A stretch of DNA of 64,000 bases. It comes from a bacterium. Lineage in GTDB: Bacteria; Bacteroidota; Bacteroidia; NS11-12g; UBA955. Each line of letters opens with the position of its first letter. Positions within the stretch are counted from its first letter, which is position 1. Position numbers and translations under genes: made by a program. The notes beneath the pieces are model-generated. The model made no database searches. It was not told where the DNA came from and saw nothing but the letters and a program-made list of their open reading frames with translations. The DNA lies in contig JAQSCZ010000122.1 of NCBI GenBank assembly GCA_029945665.1, forward strand, positions 1,868 to 65,867. The letters are read 5' to 3'. Positions 30,366-40,135 of the stretch are shown piece after piece.

Positions 30366-31319
30366 ATGAATCGATACAAATATATTGGTCTAATTTTTTG
30401 TTTGTTAGCATTTGTTGCTTGCAAAAAAAATAGTAATAAAAGTAATCCATTTGATGATTGGACAACTACTAGTCGCGGTTCTGTTATGCAAGATCTAGCT
30501 ATTGATCCAAATACCATTGAAGGGCTGCATAAAAATATATTTAAACCAACTTGTGCTAACAGTGGTTGTCATGATGGAAATTTTGAACCAGATTTTAGAA
30601 GTGTTGAGAGCTCTTATAATTCTTTATTGAATCGAATGGCAACTAATACTGACCCTCAAAATGCGCAATATGCTAAGCGCGTGGTTCCAGGTGATGCTGC
30701 CAGCAGTATGTTGTTGCATAGATTAACTACATTTATTCCTGGATCACAGGGGGTGATGCCACTTTCATTAGAACCTACGAGTGATTGGGTTGTTAAGAAA
30801 AGTCAGTATTTAGAGAACATTAAAAACTGGATTAATGACGGCGCAAAAGACCAATTTGGCAACAGCGCTTTAAGTACTGATTTTCCGCCTCAAATGGCAG
30901 GAATTATAGCCTTTGCAGATGGCTCAGTAACTCCCCTTCCGCATAGTGGATATAATCCAATTGAAATTCCTTCAGGTACTTCTAGTATTAAAATTATGGT
31001 GGCTTACACCGATGACAAAACGCCAGTCAATCAATTTGGAACAACTACGCTTAATTATTCTTTAAATCCGAATAATTACTCAGGTGCCGAGACCAACATG
31101 ACAGTAGAATCTTCTCCGTTTAATACCAAAGGATTTTCAAGTAGCAATGTAGATTACTGGCACAGTGTAACGCTTTCAGTTAGTACACTTGGTGCAGCCT
31201 TAAACGATGTTTTATGGATTAGAACGCAAACCACCGACAAAGTTAATTCGCCTGTTTATATTCCTTCCATTCCCGCTGCTTTCAACACAAAAAAATATTT
31301 TTCAATTCGCATTAATTAA
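30366..31319 (+). CDS. Lipoprotein with PSCyt1-like (planctomycete cytochrome c-like) domain carrying atypical CX4CH
   Basis: Lipobox 'LLAFVACKK'. The stretch 'IFKPTCANSGCHDGNFEPDF...RVVPGDAASSMLLHRL' parallels the PSCyt1 pattern (C..CH...VVPG.PE.SLL) but has four residues between the cysteines (30552-30572). Confidence 0.5.
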   Translation: MNRYKYIGLIFCLLAFVACKKNSNKSNPFDDWTTTSRGSVMQDLAIDPNTIEGLHKNIFKPTCANSGCHDGNFEPDFRSVESSYNSLLNRMATNTDPQNAQYAKRVVPGDAASSMLLHRLTTFIPGSQGVMPLSLEPTSDWVVKKSQYLENIKNWINDGAKDQFGNSALSTDFPPQMAGIIAFADGSVTPLPHSGYNPIEIPSGTSSIKIMVAYTDDKTPVNQFGTTTLNYSLNPNNYSGAETNMTVESSPFNTKGFSSSNVDYWHSVTLSVSTLGAALNDVLWIRTQTTDKVNSPVYIPSIPAAFNTKKYFSIRIN

Positions 31320-31783
31320 TGAAAAACAAATTTTTATATCGTCGATTTAATTTGCTTCCTATCTGCATTCTTATATTTCTAAGCAGTTGTAAAAAAGATG
31401 ACTCATTGAGTGGCAATAGCAAAGTGCCATTTATAAAAATGCTCGATGTTTCTTCAACAACAATTTTGCAATTTAAAGATAGTTTAGTCATTCGATTTGA
31501 ATACACAGATGGTGATGGTGATATCGGAGAACTAAATCCTGATGAAAATGATTTACAGATAAAAGATAAAAGACTGAGTAAAGCTGACTATTATTTTATA
31601 AAACCTTTATCTCCTCCGGGATCTGATATCAAGACAAAAGGTATTATAGCAGTCCAAATGAAAAACACCTTTTTATTAGGCACTGCCAACAGCGAGACTA
31701 CTACTTTTGAATTGAAGCTCAAGGATAGAGCAGGCAATTGGAGCAATAGCATCATTACGCCAATAATTACCATTACAAAATAA
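31319..31783 (+). CDS. Small lipoprotein with DGDGDIG motif (paralog of 13562..14080)
   Basis: Lipobox 'LIFLSSCKKD'. Contains 'FEYTDGDGDIGELNPDEND' (31508-31528). Its start overlaps the upstream stop (TAATG) and it ends 1 nt before the adhesin gene. Confidence 0.5.
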   Translation: MKNKFLYRRFNLLPICILIFLSSCKKDDSLSGNSKVPFIKMLDVSSTTILQFKDSLVIRFEYTDGDGDIGELNPDENDLQIKDKRLSKADYYFIKPLSPPGSDIKTKGIIAVQMKNTFLLGTANSETTTFELKLKDRAGNWSNSIITPIITITK

Positions 31784-34700
31784 TTGAATACTTTTTTCAA
31801 ATATCGTACATTATTGGGTGCTTTTTTAGATAACAAGATAGCGCTTTTTCTGCTGTCATTACTAAGTATACTACCGACATATTTAGCAGCACAAACTACT
31901 TATAAAATGAGTAACAATAAGGTTTATGACTGCAGAGGAAAGTTAATTGATAGCGAGGGTAATAAAGTAAATACAAGCTGGTATGCCAGCAATGAGGATT
32001 TTATATTCACAATTTCTGTGAGTGGTGCCAGTAAAATTAATATCAAATTTACAAATCCATTCAATGTCGAAGCAGGCTCAGATTTTTTAAAGGTATACAG
32101 TGGTAAGGATACTTTTTCAGGATTCATAAAAAAGTATGATAACAACAACAAACCTTCAGGTACTATTTCTGTAACAGATAGTTGTATCACATTTTATTTT
32201 CATTCTGATAAATATGTCAATGGCGATGGATTTGAACTCAGCTGGGAAGCAAAAATAACTTCCGTTCCTCAGCCAAAATTTACACCCATTACTAATCCTA
32301 ATTGCAACACTAATAAAATTCGCATTATACTTGATCAAAAATTTAATTGCGACTCAGTGAAGGCAAAAAATTTTAAATTATCAGGCACCTTAACAACTGC
32401 CGTGAGCAATGCCGTTGGCGTTGGGTGTGATGGTAAAAATGAAAGCAATACTTTTGACATTTCATTTGCTTCAGCCTTAAATCAAAGTGGTAATTATGTA
32501 CTTGATTTTAATTCTACTTTCAAAGATCAATGTGATAGTATTTGGAAAATAAACGCAAAATTAAATTTCAAAATTACAGATTGCCCCATCAAGGTGGTAC
32601 TTAAAAGTACAAAAGATACCCTCTGCACAGGTGCATGTGCAACACTTACAGCAACAATAACAGGTGGAAATTCAGCAAACTACACTTACACTTGGTTTAG
32701 CGGCACCTTAACGGGCAAACCACCTCATATTATTTGCCCGACTATTAACACAAGATACATTTTGGAAGTTTCGGATGGCGTGTCTATACCCGGGCGTGAC
32801 ACGATAGATATTATTGTTTTGACACCTCCTGTTGCGCAAAATGACACAACGGTTTGTCAATCGAGTGGACCATTTAATTTAATGGCCAATCCCACCGGTG
32901 GCAAATGGTCGGGCACTGGAATCACAAATGCAAGCAATGGAACTTTTAATCCATCTATTTCTGGCAGCGGTATTTTTAATATTACTTACCAAAATGGAAA
33001 ATGTAGTGATATTGTTGTTGTTACCGTTAAAGCAATAAATGCAGGACCACCAAATGCCGCATGCCCAAGCAGTGCAGCCTTTATGGTTAGTAATTTTTCA
33101 CCAACAGGAGGTACTTGGAGTGGACCCAATATTAATGCTTTAGGAATTATTACACCTCCTGCCAGTATAGGAACTTTTCAAGTAACATACACATGGAATG
33201 GTTGTACGGCCAAAAAAGACATCAATATAGATGGTATAAGTATAAAAAAATACGATACAATTTGTAAATCTGTTCCTTATGATACAATTTTATTTACACC
33301 TGCAGGCGGAAATTGGACTGGCCCAGGAATTTCTAATACACGATTAGGGATTAGTATACCTTACAATGCTGGTGCTGGAAATAAACTATATATATACACC
33401 ATTAATGGTTGTAAAGACACGCTTAAAAGATTCATTAAAGATGTTGATGCAAGATGGGATGAAATTGCTTGTCCAGATGCCGGACAAAGAACCTTGCCCG
33501 CTGGTATACCTACTGGTGGATTATGGTCTGGTAAAGGTATTTTCGATCCTGTCAATGGGATTTTTGATGCAGATAGTTTTCGGGTACCCGGTCAAAGCAC
33601 TTTTGTTCAAGTTAATTTAACCTATACAACCTTATCAGGCTGCAAAGACGATAAGATTATGTACCTGCGATACTCCCGCTTTTATAAAGATACTGTCAAA
33701 AATTGTGTCACGGATACGAGTTATTATTTGCGCTATCAATATGTTTTTAATGACCCTTGGAATTTGCTTTTTACTGGCAGTAATGCTATAATTGGCAATT
33801 CAATTTACTACCAAAAATTTAGTCCATCACTTGCTGGGAGAGGTACATATCATCAAATAATTGGAGATGGCAATGGCTGCAAAGACACAATTATAATTCA
33901 AATTTATCCAAGAGCCAAAATCCAAAATGATACTATTTTATGTATAGCAGATAATCCTTATCAGTTATACAATGCCGAAAAGAAAGGAACTTTTTCAGGC
34001 AAAGGCATAACAAATGGTGTTACGGGTATCTTTAATCCAGCTTTGGCAGGTTCAGGCACACATTTAATCATGTATAATCAGCCAGGTAAATGTCAAGATA
34101 CAATAAGGATTAAGGTCAATGCATTACCCATTGTGAAAATCAATGGATTGTCGCAATTCTATTGCTTTAGGGATACTATTATAACTGCTAATTTAACCCC
34201 TATAGGTGGCATATTTACTGGAGCAGGCACGAATGGAAATACATTTAATCCTAGAACTGCGGGCACCGGAATCCACAGAATGAAGTATGTTTTTGGAACA
34301 GGAAAGTGTATCAATCAAGATGTTTTAGATATTGAAATAGGAGATACTTTAAAACTAGACTTAATTAGCGATAAAGATACCATATGTATTGGGACAACAG
34401 TAACTTTAAATACCAAAGCTACAGGTGGCAGCAATAATTATGATTTAACTTGGAGCAGTGGACCAACCAATGTCAGTGCTATTTTCATTTCACCTAAAAA
34501 AACCACATTGTACACTGCAACGTTAAAAGATGGTTGTAGTGACTCTGTAGTTAAGCAAAAGTTAATATATGTGCATCCCCAAATGTATAGTAGCAGCAGT
34601 ACTAGTCCAATTCAATGCTATGGTAATCAAGGTTTCATAAATCTAAAAATGAATGGAACTGGTCCTTTTTCATATCTTTGGAATACGATTCCACCACAAA

Positions 34701-35344
34701 CCAATGCTATAATAAATGCCCCTGTCAATAATACTTACAAAGCAACCATAACCAATACTTCCACTGGTTGTAAATATGATACAAGTCTGCAAATTCCCGG
34801 ATACAACGCGATAAGAGCCTATTTTACTTTCTCTCCAAATGACAGATGTTTATACAGTAACAATGCTGAATTGCAGATTATTAATCTAAGTGATGGCGGC
34901 ATAACCGGAACCTGGGATTTTGGAGATGGCACAATTATTCCTTATGATCCAGCTACCAATCCAAGTCACTTATACGACGGATTAAAAGAAAATTATAAAG
35001 TAAAACTAACGATATCTAATAGTGGTAATTGTATTGATAGTTTTTATGTTAATATCTGTGTAATTGATACCGTTACTATCATATTGCCTACAGCATTTAC
35101 CCCAAATGATGACGAGATGAATGATATTTTTAGAATTGAATCCACTTCTATTTCTAAATCGACAATGGCTATTTTTAATAGATGGGGTGAAAAAGTATTT
35201 TACAGTGAAGATTCAAAAATTGGGTGGAATGGAACCTACCAAGGGAAACCATGCCCTACAGACTATTATGTTTATTATATTAGCTATAAAGGAAAAAAAA
35301 CTGCAACACGTTACACAAAAGGTGTCTTGTTTTTAATACGGTGA
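31784..35344 (+). CDS. Giant T9SS type-B CTD (gliding-motility-associated C-terminal domain) cell-surface protein with N-terminal CUB-like domain, ~9 Cys-bracketed Ig-like repeats and a PKD domain
   Basis: Signal peptide. CUB-like domain 'CRGKLIDSEG...SGFIKKYDNN...GDGFELSWEA' (~31930-32260). Repeats of the form C-x(8-12)-P-x-GG-x-W[ST]G-x-GI-x(15-30)-C. PKD domain 'GTWDFGDGTIIPYDPATNPSHLY'. C-terminal 'LPTAFTPNDDEMNDIFRI...IFNRWGEKVFYSED...GWNGTYQGK' is the type-B/CHU_C sorting domain. Confidence 0.8.
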   Translation: MNTFFKYRTLLGAFLDNKIALFLLSLLSILPTYLAAQTTYKMSNNKVYDCRGKLIDSEGNKVNTSWYASNEDFIFTISVSGASKINIKFTNPFNVEAGSDFLKVYSGKDTFSGFIKKYDNNNKPSGTISVTDSCITFYFHSDKYVNGDGFELSWEAKITSVPQPKFTPITNPNCNTNKIRIILDQKFNCDSVKAKNFKLSGTLTTAVSNAVGVGCDGKNESNTFDISFASALNQSGNYVLDFNSTFKDQCDSIWKINAKLNFKITDCPIKVVLKSTKDTLCTGACATLTATITGGNSANYTYTWFSGTLTGKPPHIICPTINTRYILEVSDGVSIPGRDTIDIIVLTPPVAQNDTTVCQSSGPFNLMANPTGGKWSGTGITNASNGTFNPSISGSGIFNITYQNGKCSDIVVVTVKAINAGPPNAACPSSAAFMVSNFSPTGGTWSGPNINALGIITPPASIGTFQVTYTWNGCTAKKDINIDGISIKKYDTICKSVPYDTILFTPAGGNWTGPGISNTRLGISIPYNAGAGNKLYIYTINGCKDTLKRFIKDVDARWDEIACPDAGQRTLPAGIPTGGLWSGKGIFDPVNGIFDADSFRVPGQSTFVQVNLTYTTLSGCKDDKIMYLRYSRFYKDTVKNCVTDTSYYLRYQYVFNDPWNLLFTGSNAIIGNSIYYQKFSPSLAGRGTYHQIIGDGNGCKDTIIIQIYPRAKIQNDTILCIADNPYQLYNAEKKGTFSGKGITNGVTGIFNPALAGSGTHLIMYNQPGKCQDTIRIKVNALPIVKINGLSQFYCFRDTIITANLTPIGGIFTGAGTNGNTFNPRTAGTGIHRMKYVFGTGKCINQDVLDIEIGDTLKLDLISDKDTICIGTTVTLNTKATGGSNNYDLTWSSGPTNVSAIFISPKKTTLYTATLKDGCSDSVVKQKLIYVHPQMYSSSSTSPIQCYGNQGFINLKMNGTGPFSYLWNTIPPQTNAIINAPVNNTYKATITNTSTGCKYDTSLQIPGYNAIRAYFTFSPNDRCLYSNNAELQIINLSDGGITGTWDFGDGTIIPYDPATNPSHLYDGLKENYKVKLTISNSGNCIDSFYVNICVIDTVTIILPTAFTPNDDEMNDIFRIESTSISKSTMAIFNRWGEKVFYSEDSKIGWNGTYQGKPCPTDYYVYYISYKGKKTATRYTKGVLFLIR

Positions 35345-35369
35345 TAAGTCATAATTAAGTAATGGATTT

Positions 35370-35903
35370 TTGCTTAATTTTGAGAACATTATGAAATTCA
35401 AAAGCATTTTAAACAAATCATTAATGGTATTTGGCATACTATTAATTCTCATACAATTCGTTGGAACTGAAAAAAATGAAAGTGATATAAAAACAAATAG
35501 TATTGCCAATAAATATGCTATCCCAAACAACATTCAACTAATACTTACGACAGCTTGCTATGACTGCCACAGCAATAAAACAATTTACCCATGGTATGCT
35601 AAGTTACAGCCTGTAGCTTGGTGGTTAAACGACCACATAGTAGAAGGTAAGAGCAAATTTAACTTTGATGAATTTACTAGCTACCCGTTGTATAGACAAT
35701 ATCACAAATTAGAAGAAGTGGTTGAAGAAGTGGAGGAAGGTGAAATGCCGCTTTCTTCTTATACCATCATTCATAGGAATGCAAATTTAACAGATGGTCA
35801 AAAAACTGAATTAATTAACTGGGTAAAAGGAATTCGCACGACTATGGAAACCACTTATCCTGCAGATAGCCTTATAAATCCTAAAAAAAGGAAACAATCT
35901 TAA
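35370..35903 (+). CDS. Heme-binding-domain (CXXCH) small secreted/membrane-anchored protein
   Basis: N-terminal hydrophobic anchor. 'TTACYDCHSNKTIYPWYAKLQPVAWWLNDHIVEG' (CYDCH at ~35557-35571) resembles the Bacteroidetes haem-binding domain family. Confidence 0.55.
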   Translation: MLNFENIMKFKSILNKSLMVFGILLILIQFVGTEKNESDIKTNSIANKYAIPNNIQLILTTACYDCHSNKTIYPWYAKLQPVAWWLNDHIVEGKSKFNFDEFTSYPLYRQYHKLEEVVEEVEEGEMPLSSYTIIHRNANLTDGQKTELINWVKGIRTTMETTYPADSLINPKKRKQS

Positions 35904-35997
35904 CCGTTACAATTGTTTGGCCATATTAGGATTGTGCTTGCGTATTTGACTTTGTTTTTTATATTGTCAATACTTTTCTGCAATTTTGAGGCGTTAA

Positions 35998-36744
35998 ATG
36001 TCCATTTCTGTAATAATAATTGCCAAAAACGAAGCTGATAATTTAAGAATATCACTTCCCAAGTTACATTGGTGCGACGATATTATACTCATTAACGACC
36101 AAAGCACGGATGGCACTGTTGAAGTGGCCGAAGAATTTGGATGTAAAATATACAATCGCGTATTTGATGGCTTTGGTACACAAAAGCAATTTGCGGTAAG
36201 CAAAACCAAGTATGAATGGGTATTGAATATCGATGCTGATGAGGTGATAAGCGATGCGTTAATTGCTGAAATTTTGGCTTTAAAACTTACTTCGAATCAA
36301 ATAGCTGGCTATATGTTGCCAATACAACATGTATTTTTAGGCAAAGTTTTTAAATATGGCAAAGAGAGCAAATTTTACCATCTGCGCCTCTTTAATAAAA
36401 CCCTAGGAAATTTTGATCATGCAAAAGTGCACGAAAAAGTAAAGTTAAATGGCATAACCATGCGGTTAGAAAATATCATTTTGCACTATAGTTATAAAGA
36501 CCTCAAGCATTATTTTGAAAAATTCAATCAATATACTACTATTGGCGCTATCAAATTGAAAGATAAAGGTAAAAGTCGCAACCTATTTTTAACTGTTGCA
36601 AGCTTCCCATTTTATTTTTTAAAACATTATTTTATTTATGGCAATATTTTGAATGGCCAATCGGGGTTTATTTGGAGTTATTTAAATGCGTGGTATCATG
36701 TTGTTAAATATTTAAAATTACACGAATTAAATGTTAAGCAATGA
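35998..36744 (+). CDS. Glycosyltransferase family 2
   Basis: 'ISVIIIAKNEADNL', 'DQSTDGT', 'LNIDADE' (GT-A DxD). Confidence 0.8.
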   Translation: MSISVIIIAKNEADNLRISLPKLHWCDDIILINDQSTDGTVEVAEEFGCKIYNRVFDGFGTQKQFAVSKTKYEWVLNIDADEVISDALIAEILALKLTSNQIAGYMLPIQHVFLGKVFKYGKESKFYHLRLFNKTLGNFDHAKVHEKVKLNGITMRLENIILHYSYKDLKHYFEKFNQYTTIGAIKLKDKGKSRNLFLTVASFPFYFLKHYFIYGNILNGQSGFIWSYLNAWYHVVKYLKLHELNVKQ

Positions 36745-37451
36745 GTGGACTTAGGGTTTTAATGTATCATAAAGTTTCGGCTTCTGAAAATGACTTTCTT
36801 ACAGTTACAGTCGAACAAATTACCACACAACTGGTATGGCTGCAAGAACGTTATAATTTTATCACCCTTCATGATTTATTGCAGTATATTGATAATAAAA
36901 AAGCACTCCCTACCAAAGCGTTACTCATTACTTTCGATGATGGTTATTTAAATAATTACACCTTGGCCTATCCTATTTTCAAACGACTTAAAATTCCGTT
37001 TTCAATATTTTTAATAGGGGATTTTATTGGTCGAACGATTGAACACGATGGACAAGAACAAATATTTTTAAACAGTAATCAATTATTAGAAATGAGAGAT
37101 TTTGTGCAATATGGATACCACAGTAATTCGCATACAAATCTAATGGCAATAAATTCTGAATTATGGGAAACTGAGGTTGCAAATTGTGTTAAGACATTTA
37201 AAAATTTACCTATTGAAATTGAACCTGCATGGGCTTATACGTATGGGGGCTTTCCAAAGAAAAACTTTAAACATTTTCAATATTTAAAAAAAATCTTCGC
37301 AGACCAAGGTATCCACTCTGCCTTTCGGATTGGCAATAGAATTAATAAAAAAGAATTAATAGACCCTTATGCCATTGAAAGGCTTGATATAAGAGGGGAC
37401 GATTCATTTTTTAAATTCAAATTAAAAGTCAAAATAGGCAAACTATTTTAA
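36741..37451 (+). CDS. Polysaccharide deacetylase (NodB/CE4) family protein
   Basis: 'LLITFDDGYLNNYTLAYPIFKRLKIPFSIF' NodB motifs 1-2. Overlaps the GT2 gene by 4 nt. Confidence 0.75.
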   Translation: MSGLRVLMYHKVSASENDFLTVTVEQITTQLVWLQERYNFITLHDLLQYIDNKKALPTKALLITFDDGYLNNYTLAYPIFKRLKIPFSIFLIGDFIGRTIEHDGQEQIFLNSNQLLEMRDFVQYGYHSNSHTNLMAINSELWETEVANCVKTFKNLPIEIEPAWAYTYGGFPKKNFKHFQYLKKIFADQGIHSAFRIGNRINKKELIDPYAIERLDIRGDDSFFKFKLKVKIGKLF

Positions 37452-37490
37452 TTGACACCAAGGCTTAAAATAAATCTGTAATTTTGAGCC

Positions 37491-38264
37491 ATGAATACTG
37501 ATTCAAGATTAGAGGCCTTCGGAAGATTGCTTACCATAATGGATGAATTAAGGGCTAAGTGTCCTTGGGACAAAGAACAAACCACCGAATCTTTGCGACA
37601 TCTTACCATTGAGGAAACGTATGAATTAAGCGATGCAATTCTCAAAAATGATGCAGAAGAAATAAAGAAGGAACTTGGTGATATTCTATTACACATTGTA
37701 TTTTATGCAAAAATTGGTGCTGAAAAATCACAATTTAATATTGAGGATGTCATTACACAACTTTGCGAAAAATTAATTCGACGCCACCCGCACATTTATG
37801 GTGAGGTAATAGCCGAAGATAGCAACACAGTTAAACAAAACTGGGAACAAATAAAATTGAAGGAAAAGGGAAATGAAAAAAAATCTGTTTTTAATGGCTT
37901 ACCAAATTCGTTGCCATCCCTTTTAAACGCCTATCGAATGCAAGAAAAAGCGGCCCAAGTTGGATTTGACTGGGAAAAAAAAGAACAAGTTTGGGCAAAA
38001 GTAGAAGAAGAATTAGAAGAATTTAAAGTAGCCGATTCAGATTTAGAAAAAGAAAATGAATTAGGTGATTTATTATTCTCATTGGTCAATTATGCGCGAT
38101 TTAGTGCTATCAATCCAGATGATGCGCTTGAAAAAACCAATCGAAAGTTCATCAAGCGTTTTAATTATATTGAAGCCAAAGCCGAAATGCTTAATCTCGA
38201 TCTTAAAACAGTTGGTTTAGCCCAAATGGACCAATGGTGGAACGAGGCTAAACTTATTCCTTAG
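37491..38264 (+). CDS. mazG: Nucleoside triphosphate pyrophosphohydrolase MazG
   Basis: 'LRAKCPWDKEQT...EETYEL', 'ELGDILLHIVFYA', and a second EExxE module. Confidence 0.9.
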   Translation: MNTDSRLEAFGRLLTIMDELRAKCPWDKEQTTESLRHLTIEETYELSDAILKNDAEEIKKELGDILLHIVFYAKIGAEKSQFNIEDVITQLCEKLIRRHPHIYGEVIAEDSNTVKQNWEQIKLKEKGNEKKSVFNGLPNSLPSLLNAYRMQEKAAQVGFDWEKKEQVWAKVEEELEEFKVADSDLEKENELGDLLFSLVNYARFSAINPDDALEKTNRKFIKRFNYIEAKAEMLNLDLKTVGLAQMDQWWNEAKLIP

Positions 38265-38335
38265 CAACAAATCAAAGTCAATACCAACTGCGAATTGAAT
38301 ATTAATTCCTAATATTCGATTATCTTTGCAACCTT

Positions 38336-39430
38336 ATGGATAATACACAAGCCTTAAAATTAGTTGCACTGAATGATTTACACATTTCGCTTGGTGGTAA
38401 AATGGTGCCTTTTGCAGGATTTAACATGCCTGTGCAGTATAGTAATTTAATTCAAGAACACAACCAAGTGCGCAACAGTGTTGGGGTTTTTGATGTTTCT
38501 CACATGGGGGAATTCCACTTAAAAGGCGAAAAAGCCTTGGATTTAATACAATTGGTAACCAGCAATGATGCTTCAAAATTAGTAAATGGAAAAGTTCAAT
38601 ACAGTTGCTTACCGAATAACACGGGTGGTATTGTAGATGATTTATTGGTTTATAAAAACAGCGATACGGAATATTATCTTGTTGTTAACGCTTCAAATAT
38701 TGATAAAGATTGGGATTGGATTTCTTCACATAATACCTTTGGTGTTCAGATGGAAAATATCAGTGATCAATTGAGTTTATTAGCAGTGCAAGGTCCTAAT
38801 GCCATTAAAGCGCTTCAAAAAATTACTGATGTAGACCTTTCTTCGATGGAGTATTACTCTTTTAAACACGGGACAATTGGTGGCTGTGAACATGTTATTA
38901 TTTCAAATACTGGTTATACTGGTGCTGGTGGATTTGAATTGTATGTTGCAAATAAAGATGCCCGCAAATTATGGGATGCTGTATTTGAAGCAGGTGCTGA
39001 ATTTGGCATTCTACCTGCAGGATTAGGCTGCAGAGATACTTTAAGACTCGAAAAAGGTTTTTGTTTATATGGTAATGATATCAATGATACGACCTCTCCT
39101 ATTGAAGCTGGTTTAGGTTGGATCACTAAATTCACTAAAGATTTTGTGAATAGTGCCTATCACAAATCATTAAAAGACAATGGTGTTTCTAAAAAACTTG
39201 TTGGTTTTGAAATGATAGACCGCGGCATTCCCCGTCAACATTACAATATTAAAGATGCGCAGGGCAATACAATTGGCGAAGTTACTTCAGGCACTCAATC
39301 ACCGAGCCTAGGTAAAGCCATAGGATTGGGCTATGTAAACACAGCCTTCAGTACTGCAGATTCTGAAATTTATATTGAGGTTAGAGACAAAGCACTCAAA
39401 GCTAAAGTTGTAAAAATTCCTTTTTTATAA
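38336..39430 (+). CDS. gcvT: Glycine cleavage system aminomethyltransferase T
   Basis: '[16 protein letters not shown]', 364 aa, GcvT fold motifs. Confidence 0.95.
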   Translation: MDNTQALKLVALNDLHISLGGKMVPFAGFNMPVQYSNLIQEHNQVRNSVGVFDVSHMGEFHLKGEKALDLIQLVTSNDASKLVNGKVQYSCLPNNTGGIVDDLLVYKNSDTEYYLVVNASNIDKDWDWISSHNTFGVQMENISDQLSLLAVQGPNAIKALQKITDVDLSSMEYYSFKHGTIGGCEHVIISNTGYTGAGGFELYVANKDARKLWDAVFEAGAEFGILPAGLGCRDTLRLEKGFCLYGNDINDTTSPIEAGLGWITKFTKDFVNSAYHKSLKDNGVSKKLVGFEMIDRGIPRQHYNIKDAQGNTIGEVTSGTQSPSLGKAIGLGYVNTAFSTADSEIYIEVRDKALKAKVVKIPFL

Positions 39431-39467
39431 CCCTTGATATTTAGATTAAATCGCTTAAGTTTGAAAT

Positions 39468-40121
39468 ATGAAAAACTTAAGGCTTTTTAATTCTGTGTTT
39501 TTAGGTGTTTTTATTTCTGTTTCGGCATTTGCCCAAAGAGAGTTTTCATCCGTTACCCGCAACAATCCGTATGACAAAATGGTGCATTTTGTGCCACTTC
39601 CATTGTTAGTTGGAGGGTTTGAGATGGGTTATGAGAAGGCTACCACTCATAAAGAATCATTTTATCTGCAAGTTGGATATTATACTGCCAAAAATCCAGG
39701 GCTCTATAAACTTAAAAATGATGGTTATTCAGATATGAATGGACTAAAGTTGGAATGTCAATACCGCTTTTTTAGAAAAACTAATAATTACATAAAAAAT
39801 GTATGGATTGGTCCATTTGTAAATTTCAAGACACTCTCTATGAAATATACAGAAACCACCTATACCACTACCTATAACCCTTATAATGTTAAAACCAATA
39901 CCATTAATGAAAACAGAATGGCAACCTCATTAGCTTTTGGTTACATGATGGGTCTAAGAAAGTCTGTTTTTGAAAATATTTATTTAGATCTTTCATTAGG
40001 AGGTGGCGTATATATTCCAGTTGCAGGTAGCAATCACGAACAATTAAATATTGGACTCATATCCCCATACCAAAGAGGTGTTCAGTTAAGAATGAATTTA
40101 GGGTTTTGTATCGCTTTATAG
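39468..40121 (+). CDS. Predicted outer-membrane beta-barrel protein (DUF3575-like)
   Basis: Signal 'VFISVSAFAQ'. Alternating amphipathic beta-strand pattern. Aromatic C-terminus. Confidence 0.4.
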   Translation: MKNLRLFNSVFLGVFISVSAFAQREFSSVTRNNPYDKMVHFVPLPLLVGGFEMGYEKATTHKESFYLQVGYYTAKNPGLYKLKNDGYSDMNGLKLECQYRFFRKTNNYIKNVWIGPFVNFKTLSMKYTETTYTTTYNPYNVKTNTINENRMATSLAFGYMMGLRKSVFENIYLDLSLGGGVYIPVAGSNHEQLNIGLISPYQRGVQLRMNLGFCIAL

Positions 40122-40135
40122 GACTTTCTACCTAA

